DNA of 58,966 bases, filler included, from Sandaracinaceae bacterium (GCA_947483975.1; 2 parts of 2 records of this genome joined end to end with filler, not necessarily neighbours in it); one strand, 5' to 3'. Positions 10,617 through 21,032 are shown, numbered from the whole stretch's first letter. A program made the numbers and translations. The notes: generated from the sequence alone by a model not told the origin.

Positions 10617-11398
10617 CCGAGCACCAACGGATCGAGGTCGACGCTGACCGGGCAGTGATCAGAGCCCTTCACCTTCGGGTGAATCGCGGCGCTGCGGACG
10701 AACGGCAGCGCGCCCGGCGAGGCGAGCACGTAGTCGATGCGCCACCCGACGTTGCGCTCGCGGAGGCCCGGGCGCTGCGCCCACCACGAGTAGTGTCCGC
10801 CCTCCTTCGTGAAGTGCCGGAAGGTGTCCACCCAGCCCGTGCCGAGCCAGCGCGAGAGCTCCTCGCGCTCCTCGGGGCGAAAGCCGCTGTTCTCGCGGTT
10901 CTCGCGCGGGCGCGCGATGTCGAGGTCCTCGTGCGCGGTGTTGAGATCGCCGAGCACGAGGATGCGCTCGCCGCGCTGCATCGCGGCGTCGAGGTGCGCG
11001 TGGAGCGCGCGGTAGAAGTCGAGCTTGTACGGGATGCGCGAGAGATCGCGGTTCTTGCCGCTGCCGTTCGGGAAGTAGCCGTTGACGATCGTCAGCTTGC
11101 CGAAGCGCGCGCTCAGGAGGCGCCCCTCGACGTCGAAGCGCGGCTCGCCGAGCCCGATGTCGACGGCGTCAGGCGCCGAGCGCGCGAGCACCGCGACGCC
11201 GCTGTAGCCGGGGCGCTCGGCGGCCGCGTAGTGCGCATGAAAGCCGCGCGGCTTGGTCAGCGCGCGCGGGAGCTGCTCCGGCAGCGCGCGCACCTCTTGC
11301 AGGCACGCGACGTCGACGCCTGAGCTCCGCAGCCAGCGACCGAAGCCCTTCGTCGCGCAGGAGCGGAGGCCGTTGACGTTCCAGGAGGCGACGCGCAC
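10613..11398 (-). CDS. xth: Exodeoxyribonuclease III / AP endonuclease
   Basis: [35 protein letters not shown]. Confidence 0.95.
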   Translation of the reverse strand: MRVASWNVNGLRSCATKGFGRWLRSSGVDVACLQEVRALPEQLPRALTKPRGFHAHYAAAERPGYSGVAVLARSAPDAVDIGLGEPRFDVEGRLLSARFGKLTIVNGYFPNGSGKNRDLSRIPYKLDFYRALHAHLDAAMQRGERILVLGDLNTAHEDLDIARPRENRENSGFRPEEREELSRWLGTGWVDTFRHFTKEGGHYSWWAQRPGLRERNVGWRIDYVLASPGALPFVRSAAIHPKVKGSDHCPVSVDLDPLVLG

Positions 11399-11452
11399 CC
11401 GCGAGGGATAGCACGGGGCTCACCGGCGGCAGATGCGCTAAGGTCGCGCACC

Positions 11453-13927
11453 ATGCGCTCGATCGTCCCCTTGAAGGGCATCACGGAATACGACCTCGGG
11501 CTGGATGCGCCTTCGATCCAGCTCTCCATCGCCAACCACGTCGAGTACACGCTCGGGAAAGACGAGTACTCGGTCAAGCCCCACGACTTCTTCTGGGCGA
11601 CCGCGCGCGCGGCTCGTGACCGGATGATGGATCGCTGGAACAAGACGCAGAAGAGCTACTACAAGCGCGACGCCAAGCGCGTGTACTACCTCTCGATGGA
11701 GTACCTGATGGGGCGCTTGCTCCGCGACGGGCTCTCGAACCTCGGCGTGCTCGAAGAGACGCGCATCGCGCTCGCCAACTACGGGCAGGACCTCGACGCG
11801 GTGTGCGAGCAGGAGCACGACCCCGGCCTCGGCAACGGTGGCCTCGGGCGGCTCGCGGCGTGCTTCCTCGACTCTATGGCGACGCTCGGGATCCCCGCCG
11901 TCGGCTACGGCATCCGCTACGAGTACGGCATCTTCCGTCAGACCATCGTCAACGGCGCGCAGGTCGAGCAGCCGGACAATTGGCTCGCGTTCGGCAGCCC
12001 GTGGGAGATCCCGCGCCCCGATCAGGTCCACACGATCCACTTCAACGGGCGCGTGCAGACGCGCATGGACGCGCGCGGCGAGCTCGTCTACGAGTGGGTC
12101 GACACCGACGACGTCATCGCGATGGCGAACGACATCCCGGTGCCCGGCTATCGCACCGAGTGCGTGAACACGCTGCGCCTCTGGAGCGCGAAGGCGACGT
12201 GCGAGTTCGATATCTCGGACTTCAACCGTGGCGACTACGTCGAGGCGGTGCGGCACAAGAACGCGACGGAGGACATCTCGCGCGTCTTGTATCCGAACGA
12301 TCAGGTCATGCAGGGGAAGGAGCTGCGCCTCAAGCAGGAGTATTTCTTCGTCGCAGCGACCCTGTCGGACGCCATCCGTCGGCACCTGAGCGCGCACCCG
12401 ACGCTCGACACTCTGCCTGACAAGGCGGTATTTCAGCTCAACGACACGCACCCCGCGATCGCCGTCGCGGAGCTGATGCGCTTGCTGCTCGACACGCACA
12501 AGCTCGGCTGGGAGCGCGCTTGGGACATCGTCACCAAGAGCTTCGCGTACACCAATCACACGCTCATGCCCGAGGCGCTCGAGAAGTGGCCTGTGTGGCT
12601 GATGGAGCGCGTGCTCCCGCGGCATATGCAGATCATCCGGGAGATCGACCGCCGCCTGCTCGCCGAGGCGCGCTTGAAGTTCCCGGGGGACGCCGCGCGC
12701 GTGAAGCGCGTCGGGCTCTTCGAGGAGTACGGCGAGAAGCAGGTGCGCATGGCGAACCTCGCGATCGTCGGTAGCTTCTCCGTCAACGGCGTCTCGGCGC
12801 TGCACAGCCGGCTGCTGCGAGAGGGGATGTTCGCGGAGTTCGACGCGCTCTATCCCGGCAAGTTCCGCAACAAGACGAACGGCGTCACGCCGCGCCGCTG
12901 GCTGCTCAGCTGCAATCCCGCGCTCTCGAAGCTGATCACCGACACGGTCGGGACCGAGTGGCCGCGTCAGCTCGGGGACCTGGTCGGGCTCGAGAAGCTC
13001 GTCGACGACGACGGATTCCGTTGGAAGTTCCGTGCCGCCAAGCTCGCCAACAAGGAGCGCCTCGCGGCGCTGATCGAGAAGCAGGTCGGCGTCGTCGTCG
13101 ATCCGAAGTCGATCTTCGACGTGCAGGTGAAGCGCTTCCACGAGTACAAGCGGCAGCTGCTCAATCTGCTGCACGTCGTGCACCTGTATCGCGCGATCAA
13201 GAGCGGCGCGCGCAAGGACGTACACCCGCGCACGGTGATCTTCGCGGGTAAAGCGGCGCCCGGCTACGAGCGCGCGAAGCAGATCATTCGCCTCGTCAAC
13301 GGCGTCGCGGACGTGATCAACCGCGACCCCGACATCAAGGGATTGCTCAAGGTCGTGTTCCTGCCCAACTACAGCGTTTCTCTCGCGGAGGTGATCATCC
13401 CAGCGGCGGATCTGTCCGAGCAGATCAGCACTGCGGGCATGGAGGCGTCGGGCACCGGGAACATGAAGTTCGCGATGAACGGCGCGCTCACGATTGGCAC
13501 GCTCGACGGCGCCAACATCGAGATCTGCGACGCCGTCGGCGCGGAGAATATGTTCGTGTTCGGCATGAACGCGGAGCAGGTCGCGGCGAAGAAGAGCGAG
13601 GGCTACGAGCCGCGCAGCTACGTCGCGGCCGACGAGGACATTCGAGGCGTGCTGACCGCGATCGGGAGCGCGCTCTTCGCCGGGGGAGAGGCTTCGCCGT
13701 TCCTGCCGATCGTCTCGTCGCTGCTCGATCGCGACGAGTTCCTGCTGCTCGCGGACTTCGCGAGCTACCGCGACACCCAGCTCGCCGTCGAGAAGCTGTT
13801 CCGCGACGAGGACGCCTGGACGCGCAAGGCGATCCTCAACGTCGCGCGCATGGGCAGCTTCTCGTCGGACGCGACCATCACGGACTACGCGACGGATATC
13901 TGGAACATCCCGATCGCGCCGCGCTGA
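11453..13927 (+). CDS. glgP: Glycogen/starch/alpha-glucan phosphorylase
   Basis: GLGNGGLGRLAACF, QLNDTHP, KRFHEYKRQ, EASGTGNMK PLP lysine. Confidence 0.97.
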   Translation: MRSIVPLKGITEYDLGLDAPSIQLSIANHVEYTLGKDEYSVKPHDFFWATARAARDRMMDRWNKTQKSYYKRDAKRVYYLSMEYLMGRLLRDGLSNLGVLEETRIALANYGQDLDAVCEQEHDPGLGNGGLGRLAACFLDSMATLGIPAVGYGIRYEYGIFRQTIVNGAQVEQPDNWLAFGSPWEIPRPDQVHTIHFNGRVQTRMDARGELVYEWVDTDDVIAMANDIPVPGYRTECVNTLRLWSAKATCEFDISDFNRGDYVEAVRHKNATEDISRVLYPNDQVMQGKELRLKQEYFFVAATLSDAIRRHLSAHPTLDTLPDKAVFQLNDTHPAIAVAELMRLLLDTHKLGWERAWDIVTKSFAYTNHTLMPEALEKWPVWLMERVLPRHMQIIREIDRRLLAEARLKFPGDAARVKRVGLFEEYGEKQVRMANLAIVGSFSVNGVSALHSRLLREGMFAEFDALYPGKFRNKTNGVTPRRWLLSCNPALSKLITDTVGTEWPRQLGDLVGLEKLVDDDGFRWKFRAAKLANKERLAALIEKQVGVVVDPKSIFDVQVKRFHEYKRQLLNLLHVVHLYRAIKSGARKDVHPRTVIFAGKAAPGYERAKQIIRLVNGVADVINRDPDIKGLLKVVFLPNYSVSLAEVIIPAADLSEQISTAGMEASGTGNMKFAMNGALTIGTLDGANIEICDAVGAENMFVFGMNAEQVAAKKSEGYEPRSYVAADEDIRGVLTAIGSALFAGGEASPFLPIVSSLLDRDEFLLLADFASYRDTQLAVEKLFRDEDAWTRKAILNVARMGSFSSDATITDYATDIWNIPIAPR

Positions 13928-13972
13928 ACTGAGCTGATTGGCGCTGATCCGCGGTGGCTCGCGGGTCGGCGC

Positions 13973-14899
13973 CTACCAGCGCGCGCGGGTCTCGAGGAAC
14001 GTGCGCACGGCGGGCACCACGAGCTCGGGGTGCTCGAGCAGGGAGAAGTGCGAGGCGCGGAGCAGCGCGAGGTGCTTGGAGTCGCGGAGGCGCCAGTGGA
14101 TCTCCCACGACTGCCGCGCCGGCGTGAGCGCGTCGAGCAAGCCGCTGACGACGAGCGCGGGGCTCTGAATCTCCGGGAGCAAGTGGTAGACGCTGTGCGC
14201 GTCGAGCTCCTGGAAGAGACGCAGATAGTTGTCGAAGCTCGGCCCGAGCACGTCGTCCATGTAGCGGCGCAGGGCGGGGCGTAGCGCGATGCCGCGACGC
14301 CCAGCGGTGAGCGCGAACATCGCCGTCGTCGGCAGCTCGCCGAGCCGCGCGAGCTGCGCGACGCGATCGGCGACGGCGGGGTGGCCGTGGATCGACTCGA
14401 TCAAGAAGTGCAGCAGCTTCGGGACGCCGGGCACCGAGACGAGCGGCTGAAAGCCCGTCGCGAGCGTGTGCCCGTAGGTGCCGTTCATCAGGACCAGCCC
14501 CGCGCAGAGCTCGGGGTGCGTCGCGGCGAGATCGAGCGCGACCTGCACGCCCATGCTCCAGCCGACGAACGTGGCGCGCTGGCAGCGCTCGGCCTGGAGG
14601 ATCGCGCACGCGTCGTGGACGTGGTCGACCAGCGAGAGGCGGCGGCGCGAGGTCGGCGTGTCCGAGTCGAAGAGACCGCGATAGTCCCAGGTGATCAGGC
14701 GATAGTCCCGCCAGAGCCCCTCGAGCAGCGGCTCCCACGCGTAGAGCCGACCGCCGAGCCCGTTCGCGAGGAGCAGCACGTGCTCGCCCTCGCCGAGCAC
14801 CTCGTAGGAGATGCGCGTGCCGTCGTCCGAGACGGCGCGTTTGCGGTGAAGCGTGCGGAGAAAGTCAGGGGTGGAAGTCGGTGGAGGTGTTCGCGACAC
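13973..14899 (-). CDS. Alpha/beta hydrolase
   Basis: NGLGG, WDYRG, GWSMG nucleophile, ASHF His; GTG 14899 chosen because TATCGT lies 7 nt upstream. Confidence 0.88.
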   Translation of the reverse strand: MSRTPPPTSTPDFLRTLHRKRAVSDDGTRISYEVLGEGEHVLLLANGLGGRLYAWEPLLEGLWRDYRLITWDYRGLFDSDTPTSRRRLSLVDHVHDACAILQAERCQRATFVGWSMGVQVALDLAATHPELCAGLVLMNGTYGHTLATGFQPLVSVPGVPKLLHFLIESIHGHPAVADRVAQLARLGELPTTAMFALTAGRRGIALRPALRRYMDDVLGPSFDNYLRLFQELDAHSVYHLLPEIQSPALVVSGLLDALTPARQSWEIHWRLRDSKHLALLRASHFSLLEHPELVVPAVRTFLETRARW

Positions 14900-14986
14900 G
14901 GGCGCGACGATACCAGATGAACATTCGCGCTCTCGCGCAGAGTGGGCCCCTTCAGTTTCCATCAGGAACGGCCGTTTCTATGAGCG

Positions 14987-16141
14987 ATGCCTGGTGGTAG
15001 CAGGACCGCGTGGTGTTCGTTCGCGGTGTTCGCGTGCGTCGCCGGGCTGTTGGCTCCGACGGCCGCGCGCGCCTACACGCTGCGCTACACGCGCTCGGGG
15101 GACCCGGTCCGCTGGTCGACCGCGCGGGTCCCGATGCGGGTCGATGCGGGGCTCTGCGCGACGTCGGATGAGTCGATGCAGGCGGCGCAGCTAGGTTTCG
15201 CTGCGTGGGCGGGGATCGCCGGCGTGCCGTCGCTCGTCCTCGACCGCGCGACCTCGCTCCCTCCGGGCTATTCGTCGGGTGGCAGCAACGAGAACGGCAT
15301 CTACCGCGTCGCGTCGCTGCCGGTCTCGAGCGCGGCGCTCGCGGTGACGGTGACGACCTATCGCGAGGACGGGTGGATGCTCGACGCCGATGTGCTCGTG
15401 CTCGACTCGCGCGACCTCCAGCTGATCAGCGCCGACCCCCGGGGCCGAGAGCGGCGTATGTACGACCTCGCGTCGGTGCTCGCGCACGAGTCGGGCCATG
15501 TGCTCGGGCTCGGCGAGGCGACGGAGGACGACGCCGCGACGATGTGGCCGCGGCTGCACGTCGGCGACACGACCCAGCGGAGCATCGAGGAGGATGACCG
15601 CGCGGGCGTGCAGGATCTCTACGCGGACGTGGACTTCGCCCTCGGTGTGGGCGCGCGACGCGGGTCCTGCGGCGTGCAGGGGCCGCTCGGTCGGGGCGGC
15701 GTGGGGGCGAGCGCTCTGTTCGCGTTTGGACTCGCGGTGCTCGCGGCGTTCCTACGGCGCCGCGAGCGTCGGCGGGCGCTCGTCGGCGCGGCGCTGCTCG
15801 CGCTGGTGGCGGGCCTGTGTCTGAGCCAGCCGCTCGCGAGCGCGGATGATGGGGCGCGCGGGCGCGCGCGCCTGGTGGACGTCCGCTGGGAGGGCGGGCT
15901 GCTCGTGACGGAGTACGACGTCGCGACGACCCGCGGACACGAGCGTCTCGTGGTCGCGGGCGGTGCGCGCGACGGGATCGTGCAGCAGGTCGGCGAAGCG
16001 CTCCCGCCCGCTGACGGCGCGGAGGTCTGGCTCGGCGTCGTCAACGTCGACGGGGTGCGCGCTTGGGCGAACCTCGACGAGGTGACCGCCGCGGGCGGGC
16101 TCAGGACGCCGTCGGGGTTGCTTCCTGCGTCGGCGCGCTGA
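14987..16141 (+). CDS. Matrixin-family (metzincin) metalloprotease with internal MYXO-CTERM-like segment and extra C-terminal domain
   Basis: Signal peptide (ARA-Y), DAD, HESGHVLGLGE, Met-turn ATMWP, GSC...TM-RRRERRR, then a second hydrophobic segment. Confidence 0.8.
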   Translation: MPGGSRTAWCSFAVFACVAGLLAPTAARAYTLRYTRSGDPVRWSTARVPMRVDAGLCATSDESMQAAQLGFAAWAGIAGVPSLVLDRATSLPPGYSSGGSNENGIYRVASLPVSSAALAVTVTTYREDGWMLDADVLVLDSRDLQLISADPRGRERRMYDLASVLAHESGHVLGLGEATEDDAATMWPRLHVGDTTQRSIEEDDRAGVQDLYADVDFALGVGARRGSCGVQGPLGRGGVGASALFAFGLAVLAAFLRRRERRRALVGAALLALVAGLCLSQPLASADDGARGRARLVDVRWEGGLLVTEYDVATTRGHERLVVAGGARDGIVQQVGEALPPADGAEVWLGVVNVDGVRAWANLDEVTAAGGLRTPSGLLPASAR

Positions 16142-16367
16142 CGCCTGAGGGCGTCTCGAAGTCGGTGCCGCTGACGATCGTGGCGAGCGTCAGCCCGAGC
16201 GCCCCCGCGATCCACTCGAGCTCGATGCGCCGGAAGCGGCGATGGCCCTTGAGCTTGCGGTTGAGGAGCGCCGTGTCGATGCCGGCGCGGCGGGCGAGCG
16301 CCGCCTGCGTGAGCGAGCGTGACGAGATCAGGTCGAGGATGCGCGAGGAGATGGATTCGTTGTTCAC
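16101..16367 (-). CDS. XRE-family HTH regulator
   Basis: LTQAALARRAGIDTALLNRKLKG...IAGALG; GAGG RBS. Confidence 0.75.
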   Translation of the reverse strand: MNNESISSRILDLISSRSLTQAALARRAGIDTALLNRKLKGHRRFRRIELEWIAGALGLTLATIVSGTDFETPSGVSAPTQEATPTAS

Positions 16368-16512
16368 GGGGAACCTCAGAGCGGAGAGTAAGTGTGGGTC
16401 GCGCGCGATCGCGGAGCGGTGCTCAACGCGGTGCGGCGGGGGCGTGGAATGGTGAGTCGACGTACGGAGTCGGTGCGCGAGTCGTCGGGCGAGAGCCGCC
16501 GCGACGGCGGGT

Positions 16513-16884
16513 TCACGCAGGCGAGTCGGGGTCGCCCGAGCCGTCGCACGCAGCGCGCGGGGTCACGAAGAGGCGGCGGGCGAGCGCCCTACCATCGACG
16601 ACGCGGCCGTGCAGCGCGAGGGCGCCGCTCCCGCTGTGGCCGAGAGGGCGGAACGCCGCCGCTGGGCGCGGCACGACGTGGAACACCAGCGGCGCTTGCT
16701 CGCGCGACTCGTCGGCGACGTCGGTGCTCGCGCCTTGGCGGACGCTAGGCTCCGCCCCGGGGCGAGCCGACACCGTCGAGCGAGCGGACCACGTCGTCCG
16801 GTCGACCGACTCGCACAGCTCTTCGCCCGCCGACGGGGCGATGGCGAGCAGGGCGACGACGAAGGCGGGCAGAACGCGGGTCAC
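16513..16884 (-). CDS. Hypothetical exported protein
   Basis: Signal-peptide-like N-terminus (LPAFVVALLAIAPSA); no recognisable domain. Confidence 0.35.
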   Translation of the reverse strand: MTRVLPAFVVALLAIAPSAGEELCESVDRTTWSARSTVSARPGAEPSVRQGASTDVADESREQAPLVFHVVPRPAAAFRPLGHSGSGALALHGRVVDGRALARRLFVTPRAACDGSGDPDSPA

Positions 16885-16953
16885 GACGGGCTCATCTTGA
16901 CCATCGTGGGGGCGTTCGACAAGCCCACCCGCCGGTGGCGCCCCCGGGGAGCG

Positions 16954-18135
16954 CTACGAGCGCGGGGGCTCGCCGACCGCTCCGAGGGCCAAGTCCACCT
17001 GCTGGAGCGTGCCCACTGCGCCGCTCTCGCTCAGGTAGACGCCGGTCGCGCGGACCTGCCCGTCGAGGCGGTTGGCTGCGTTCTTGAGGTCGAACGCGGT
17101 GTCGACGCTGCCCACGCTGAGCGCACCGACGTTGGCCTGCGCGAGGCTTCGGTAGGTGTCCCGGCCCGCCGCGTCGCGCGTCCAGACGCTCAGCTTCTGG
17201 TAGGCGGCGTCGTTCTCGTCGATCCAGCCGTTGTGGTCTTCGTCGTAGGCGGCGAGCTCGGCGAAGCCGTTCCCCGTCGATGCGCCGAAGAGCTCGCGCC
17301 CATCGCCGATCTTGCCGTCGCCGTTCTTGTCGAGCGCGAGAAAGCCGCTCCCCGGACCGACGAAGGAGACGCTCTCGGCGCTGCCGTCGGCGTCGAGATC
17401 GAAGCTGAACTTCGCCTCCGTGAGCTGCGCCGCGGTCCCCCCGAAGTTGATGACGAGCGGGTCCTTCACCACCGCGTCGCCGAGGCGGACGCTGACGTTG
17501 CTCTCGGCGCGATAGTCGCGGCTCATCGTCAGCCCAACAGCGAACGCGATCTCCTGGCCGTCCGTCGTCTGCACGACGCCCTGCGCCGCGAACGTCGTCG
17601 TCTCCGCTTCGTGGACGACCTCGTGCCGGTCATACTCGACGCCATACCCAGCGCGCTTCGGCGGTTCCGCTGCCTGGCCCTGCGGCGCCGGCGCGGCCGA
17701 GCGAGCGTCACGAGTTGCGGCGACCGGCGCAGAGCCTCTCGTCAGGTCCTCGGTGCGCACGAGCCTGATCTTCCGGCCGGTGAGCCGCTCGACGAGGAGC
17801 ATCAACAGGCGGTACTGCGGCGTGTCCCCGAGGCCGTCCTCGGCGTCATTCGTCGCCTCTTTCGCCGCCTGCGTGCTCACGCCGCCCTCGGGCGTCGACG
17901 CGCCCCGCCCGCCCGAGGACGCCTCCGTCGCCTGCTGCTCACGCATCGCCGCCACGGCTTGCCGTGAGAGCGTCACGGCATCGGAGGCTGCCGCGCCCGC
18001 GTTCGCGCGCGCCTCGCGCCCCTCGAAGTCTGGCCGCTTGTCTCCCGTCCACGTCCGCAGGGACTCCTGGAGCGTGTGCTCGCTGATGGAGCGGTGCTGG
18101 CTGGCGAACTGAATGTCCGAGCTGGCGATCTTCAC
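16954..18135 (-). CDS. Conserved hypothetical protein with DPL domain and DxDxDG Ca-binding motifs (often annotated VCBS-repeat)
   Basis: KDPLVINF, FDLDADG, GFLALDKNGDGKI, ELFG, GFAELAAYDEDHNGWID, GTLQQVDL; start trimmed to GTG 18135. Confidence 0.8.
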   Translation of the reverse strand: MKIASSDIQFASQHRSISEHTLQESLRTWTGDKRPDFEGREARANAGAAASDAVTLSRQAVAAMREQQATEASSGGRGASTPEGGVSTQAAKEATNDAEDGLGDTPQYRLLMLLVERLTGRKIRLVRTEDLTRGSAPVAATRDARSAAPAPQGQAAEPPKRAGYGVEYDRHEVVHEAETTTFAAQGVVQTTDGQEIAFAVGLTMSRDYRAESNVSVRLGDAVVKDPLVINFGGTAAQLTEAKFSFDLDADGSAESVSFVGPGSGFLALDKNGDGKIGDGRELFGASTGNGFAELAAYDEDHNGWIDENDAAYQKLSVWTRDAAGRDTYRSLAQANVGALSVGSVDTAFDLKNAANRLDGQVRATGVYLSESGAVGTLQQVDLALGAVGEPPRS

Positions 18136-18173
18136 GGTTCCCCCGCGGCGTCGACTGAGTGACCCCCACTGCT

Positions 18174-18201
18174 CCATCGGCAGTTCGGCGCGCGCCCTTG
18201 A
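18174..18201 (-). promoter_or_regulatory. Sigma28 (FliA/WhiG)-type promoter
   Basis: Minus strand reads TCAAG-N15-GCCGATGG; consensus TAAA-N15/16-GCCGATAA. Confidence 0.6.
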
Positions 18202-18260
18202 GTCGAACGCCCCGCCCGACGCGAATGAGCCACGAGAATTGGGGACGCCCACCTCCGGCC

Positions 18261-18289
18261 TTGACCGGCCCGCCTAAATTCGCTAAAGG
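18261..18289 (+). promoter_or_regulatory. Sigma70-type promoter of tRNA-Gly
   Basis: TTGACC-N17-TAAAGG ending 11 nt before the tRNA. Confidence 0.6.
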
Positions 18290-18300
18290 TTCCGCGCTCT

Positions 18301-18373
<73 letters not shown>

Positions 18374-18514
18374 CCGATGGGTTGCTGGTCGCTGGCGCGT
18401 TACCCAACGCGCCGCGCCGTCGACTCCACAGTTGCTCTCGCCACGGCGGCGCTTTCACCCGGCGCTGCTCTCGCCCGGCGGAGCACCCGCTGCGTACGCG
18501 GCAGGGAGGCGCGC

Positions 18515-19066
18515 TCAGCGGACCGCTGCTGCGATCGTGAATTCCCACGCGCAGTACCAATTGCCCGTGGGCTCATCTGGCGGGCAGGTGATGCAGCGCG
18601 TCTCGATTCGCGGGTCGATGGTGTGGGCGAAGCCCGTGTATTCGACGAGTCCCACCGACTTGCAGGGGAAGTCCGCGAGACCTTTGCGTCGTCGCGTGGA
18701 CTGGACCCGGCAGTCGTTCATCCGGAAGACGGCGCGGTGCTCGGTCACCTCGACGGCCTCCTGCGCGTTCAGGCGCGCGTAGAGGCGGTGCTGCAGGCAC
18801 TCGATCAGCGCAGGGATTCCTCCGCCCGGGGCGAGCCCGAGGCGCGCCAAGATTCGCGTCGCCTCGATGACGGTGAAGCGCTCCCAGGCGGCGCGGTCGG
18901 CCTCGATCGCCGCGTCCATCCCGTGCGCGGCGTCCACCGCTTGAAACCAGAGTCCGTCGTGCGCGAGCCAGTTCTTGGCGTCGTCGAGGACGATGGCGAT
19001 CAGCTGCTCTTTGGTCAGGTCCTGAAGCACTCGGAGCCCAGGCGGGTCGCTGCGGTCTGTCGTCAT
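18515..19066 (-). CDS. DUF6125-like Cys-rich protein
   Basis: AKNWLAHDGLWFQA, CRVQ, FPCKSVG, CITCPPD, YCAWEF. Confidence 0.7.
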   Translation of the reverse strand: MTTDRSDPPGLRVLQDLTKEQLIAIVLDDAKNWLAHDGLWFQAVDAAHGMDAAIEADRAAWERFTVIEATRILARLGLAPGGGIPALIECLQHRLYARLNAQEAVEVTEHRAVFRMNDCRVQSTRRRKGLADFPCKSVGLVEYTGFAHTIDPRIETRCITCPPDEPTGNWYCAWEFTIAAAVR

Positions 19067-19180
19067 CGTTCCTCGAAGTAGGCAGTCGCTGGCTGCGATG
19101 CTCGGGTTTCAGGCAGTCGCCTCGTCGCGCGCGACGCTCGGGTATGGCGCACTCTGCTCGTCACTTCCGCCCTGCGAAAC

Positions 19181-20845
19181 TCAGCCATTCTCGAGGTCGA
19201 AGCCGCCCTCGGCCACCATGCTCAGATATCCGCCCGTCACGTTGGCGACGTTCGTGAAGCCGAGTCCCTTCAGCGTGCGTACGGCCAAGTGTCCGCGGAA
19301 GCCGACGCGGCAATGCGCGATGATGCGCCGGTCCCGCGGAAGGCTCTCGTGCTCGAAGCGGAGCCCGTCGACAGGCAGGTGAACGGCGCCCTTCAGGTGC
19401 GACTTCGAGTACTCGCCGAGCGTCCGCACATCGAGCACGAGCGGGGGAGTCGGCGAGGCGAGCTCGGCTTTGAGCTGCGCGGCGGTGACGAGCGGGCTGT
19501 CCCCGGAGAGGTCGTTGAGTCCGACGAACGCGACGAGGTTGACGGGGTCGTTCGCGGAGGAGTACGGCGGCGCGTACGCGAGGTCGAGCTCCGCGAGATC
19601 CTCCAGCGTCAGCTTGCCCTGGAGGGCAGTCGCCAGGACGTCGATGCGCTTGTCGACTCCCTCGTGGCCGAAGGCCTGCGCGCCGAGCAAGCGGGCGCTC
19701 TTGCGCTCGTAGACGAGCTGGAGCGTGAGCTCCTTGGCCCCCGGGTAATACCCCGCATGATGGTCCTTGTGCACGATCGCGACGCCGACCTCGAGGCCCG
19801 CTTCACGGGCGGCCTTCTCCGTGAGTCCCGTCGAGCCAGCCGTCGCCTCAAACACCTTGACGACGCTCGTGCCGAGCGCGCCTGTGTAGCGCATACGGCG
19901 CCCGAGCGCGTTCGAGGCGGCGATGCGTCCCTGTCGATTGGCGGGCCCCGCGAGCGGGATACGGACCTTGCGCCCGGAGACCTTCTGCAGCACCTCCAAC
20001 ATATCGCCAGCGGCGTAGACGTCGGGATCCGACGTGCGCATGTACTCATCGACGAGCAGCGCGCCGGACGCACCTAGCTCGAGCCCTGCTGCGCGCGCGA
20101 GCGTGAGCTCCGGCCGCACGCCGACCGAGAAGAGCACGAGGTCGGCGGGGATGCGTCGCCCGTCCGAGAGCTCCACCGTCCGCTCGTCACCATGGACGGC
20201 CTTGACGCCGACTGCGGTGACGACGTTCACGCCGTGCGCCTCGAGCTCGTGCGCGATGGCGACGCCGAACGCGCGGTCCATCACGCCCATCACCGTCGGC
20301 AGGAGCTCGACGACCGTCGTCGCGAGCCCGCGCTGCCGGAACGCCTCGGCCATCTCGAGGCCGATGAAGCCGCCGCCGACGACGACCGCCGTGGCCGGCT
20401 GGGCCGACTGCAGATATTCCTGCAGGCGATCGGTGTCGGGCACGGTCCAGAGCTTGAAGACGTTCGCGGCGTCCGCGCCCGGCAGCGGCGGCATGATCGG
20501 ATTGCCGCCTTGGGCGAGGATCAGCTTGTCGTAGGGGAGCCAGCGCTCGCCCTCCGGGCCGAGCACGCGCACGCGCTTGCCGGCGCGGTCGAGCTCCAGC
20601 GCCTCGGTGCGGACGTGCACCTTGATGTTGTAGCGGGCGTCGAAGCCCTCGGGCGTCTGCAGCAGCAGCTGCGAGCGCTTCTTGATGTCACCCGAGATGA
20701 AGTACGGCAGGCCGCAATTTGCGTAGGAAACGTAGGGGCCGCGCTCGAGCACGGTGATCTCGGCGTGCTCGTCGAGTCGTCGCGCGCGGGCGGCCGCCGT
20801 CGCCCCACCAGCTACCCCACCGATGATCAGCACTCGTGTCGTCAT
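19181..20845 (-). CDS. CoA-disulfide/persulfide reductase with C-terminal rhodanese (CDR-RHD / Npsr family)
   Basis: GGVAGG FAD motif, SYANCGLPY redox Cys, GGGFIG, YAPPY, rhodanese DVR...HCRVGFRG. Confidence 0.92.
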   Translation of the reverse strand: MTTRVLIIGGVAGGATAAARARRLDEHAEITVLERGPYVSYANCGLPYFISGDIKKRSQLLLQTPEGFDARYNIKVHVRTEALELDRAGKRVRVLGPEGERWLPYDKLILAQGGNPIMPPLPGADAANVFKLWTVPDTDRLQEYLQSAQPATAVVVGGGFIGLEMAEAFRQRGLATTVVELLPTVMGVMDRAFGVAIAHELEAHGVNVVTAVGVKAVHGDERTVELSDGRRIPADLVLFSVGVRPELTLARAAGLELGASGALLVDEYMRTSDPDVYAAGDMLEVLQKVSGRKVRIPLAGPANRQGRIAASNALGRRMRYTGALGTSVVKVFEATAGSTGLTEKAAREAGLEVGVAIVHKDHHAGYYPGAKELTLQLVYERKSARLLGAQAFGHEGVDKRIDVLATALQGKLTLEDLAELDLAYAPPYSSANDPVNLVAFVGLNDLSGDSPLVTAAQLKAELASPTPPLVLDVRTLGEYSKSHLKGAVHLPVDGLRFEHESLPRDRRIIAHCRVGFRGHLAVRTLKGLGFTNVANVTGGYLSMVAEGGFDLENG

Positions 20846-21032
20846 GGTGCGTTAGAGCCTGCCACGCTTCCGATGGGTTCGGAGGCCCGAGTCGATCCCG
20901 GGCCCGTGACGTACCGCGCTCAATGCGCGCGTTGGCGGTGCGCGAGACCTGCTGCGCGAGGGGACGGAGGCCACGGAAGCCGGGCTCGCGGGCGTCAGTG
21001 GTCGGAGCGTCAAGCTGCGCCCGTGTGCGCCG

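Noticed and set aside
14967..14976. Palindrome AACGGCCGTT between divergent genes
   Set aside because: A single 10-bp site with no second copy; could be chance.
16101..16367. XRE gene as a prophage or toxin-antitoxin marker
   Set aside because: No integrase, phage or toxin gene is recognisable nearby.
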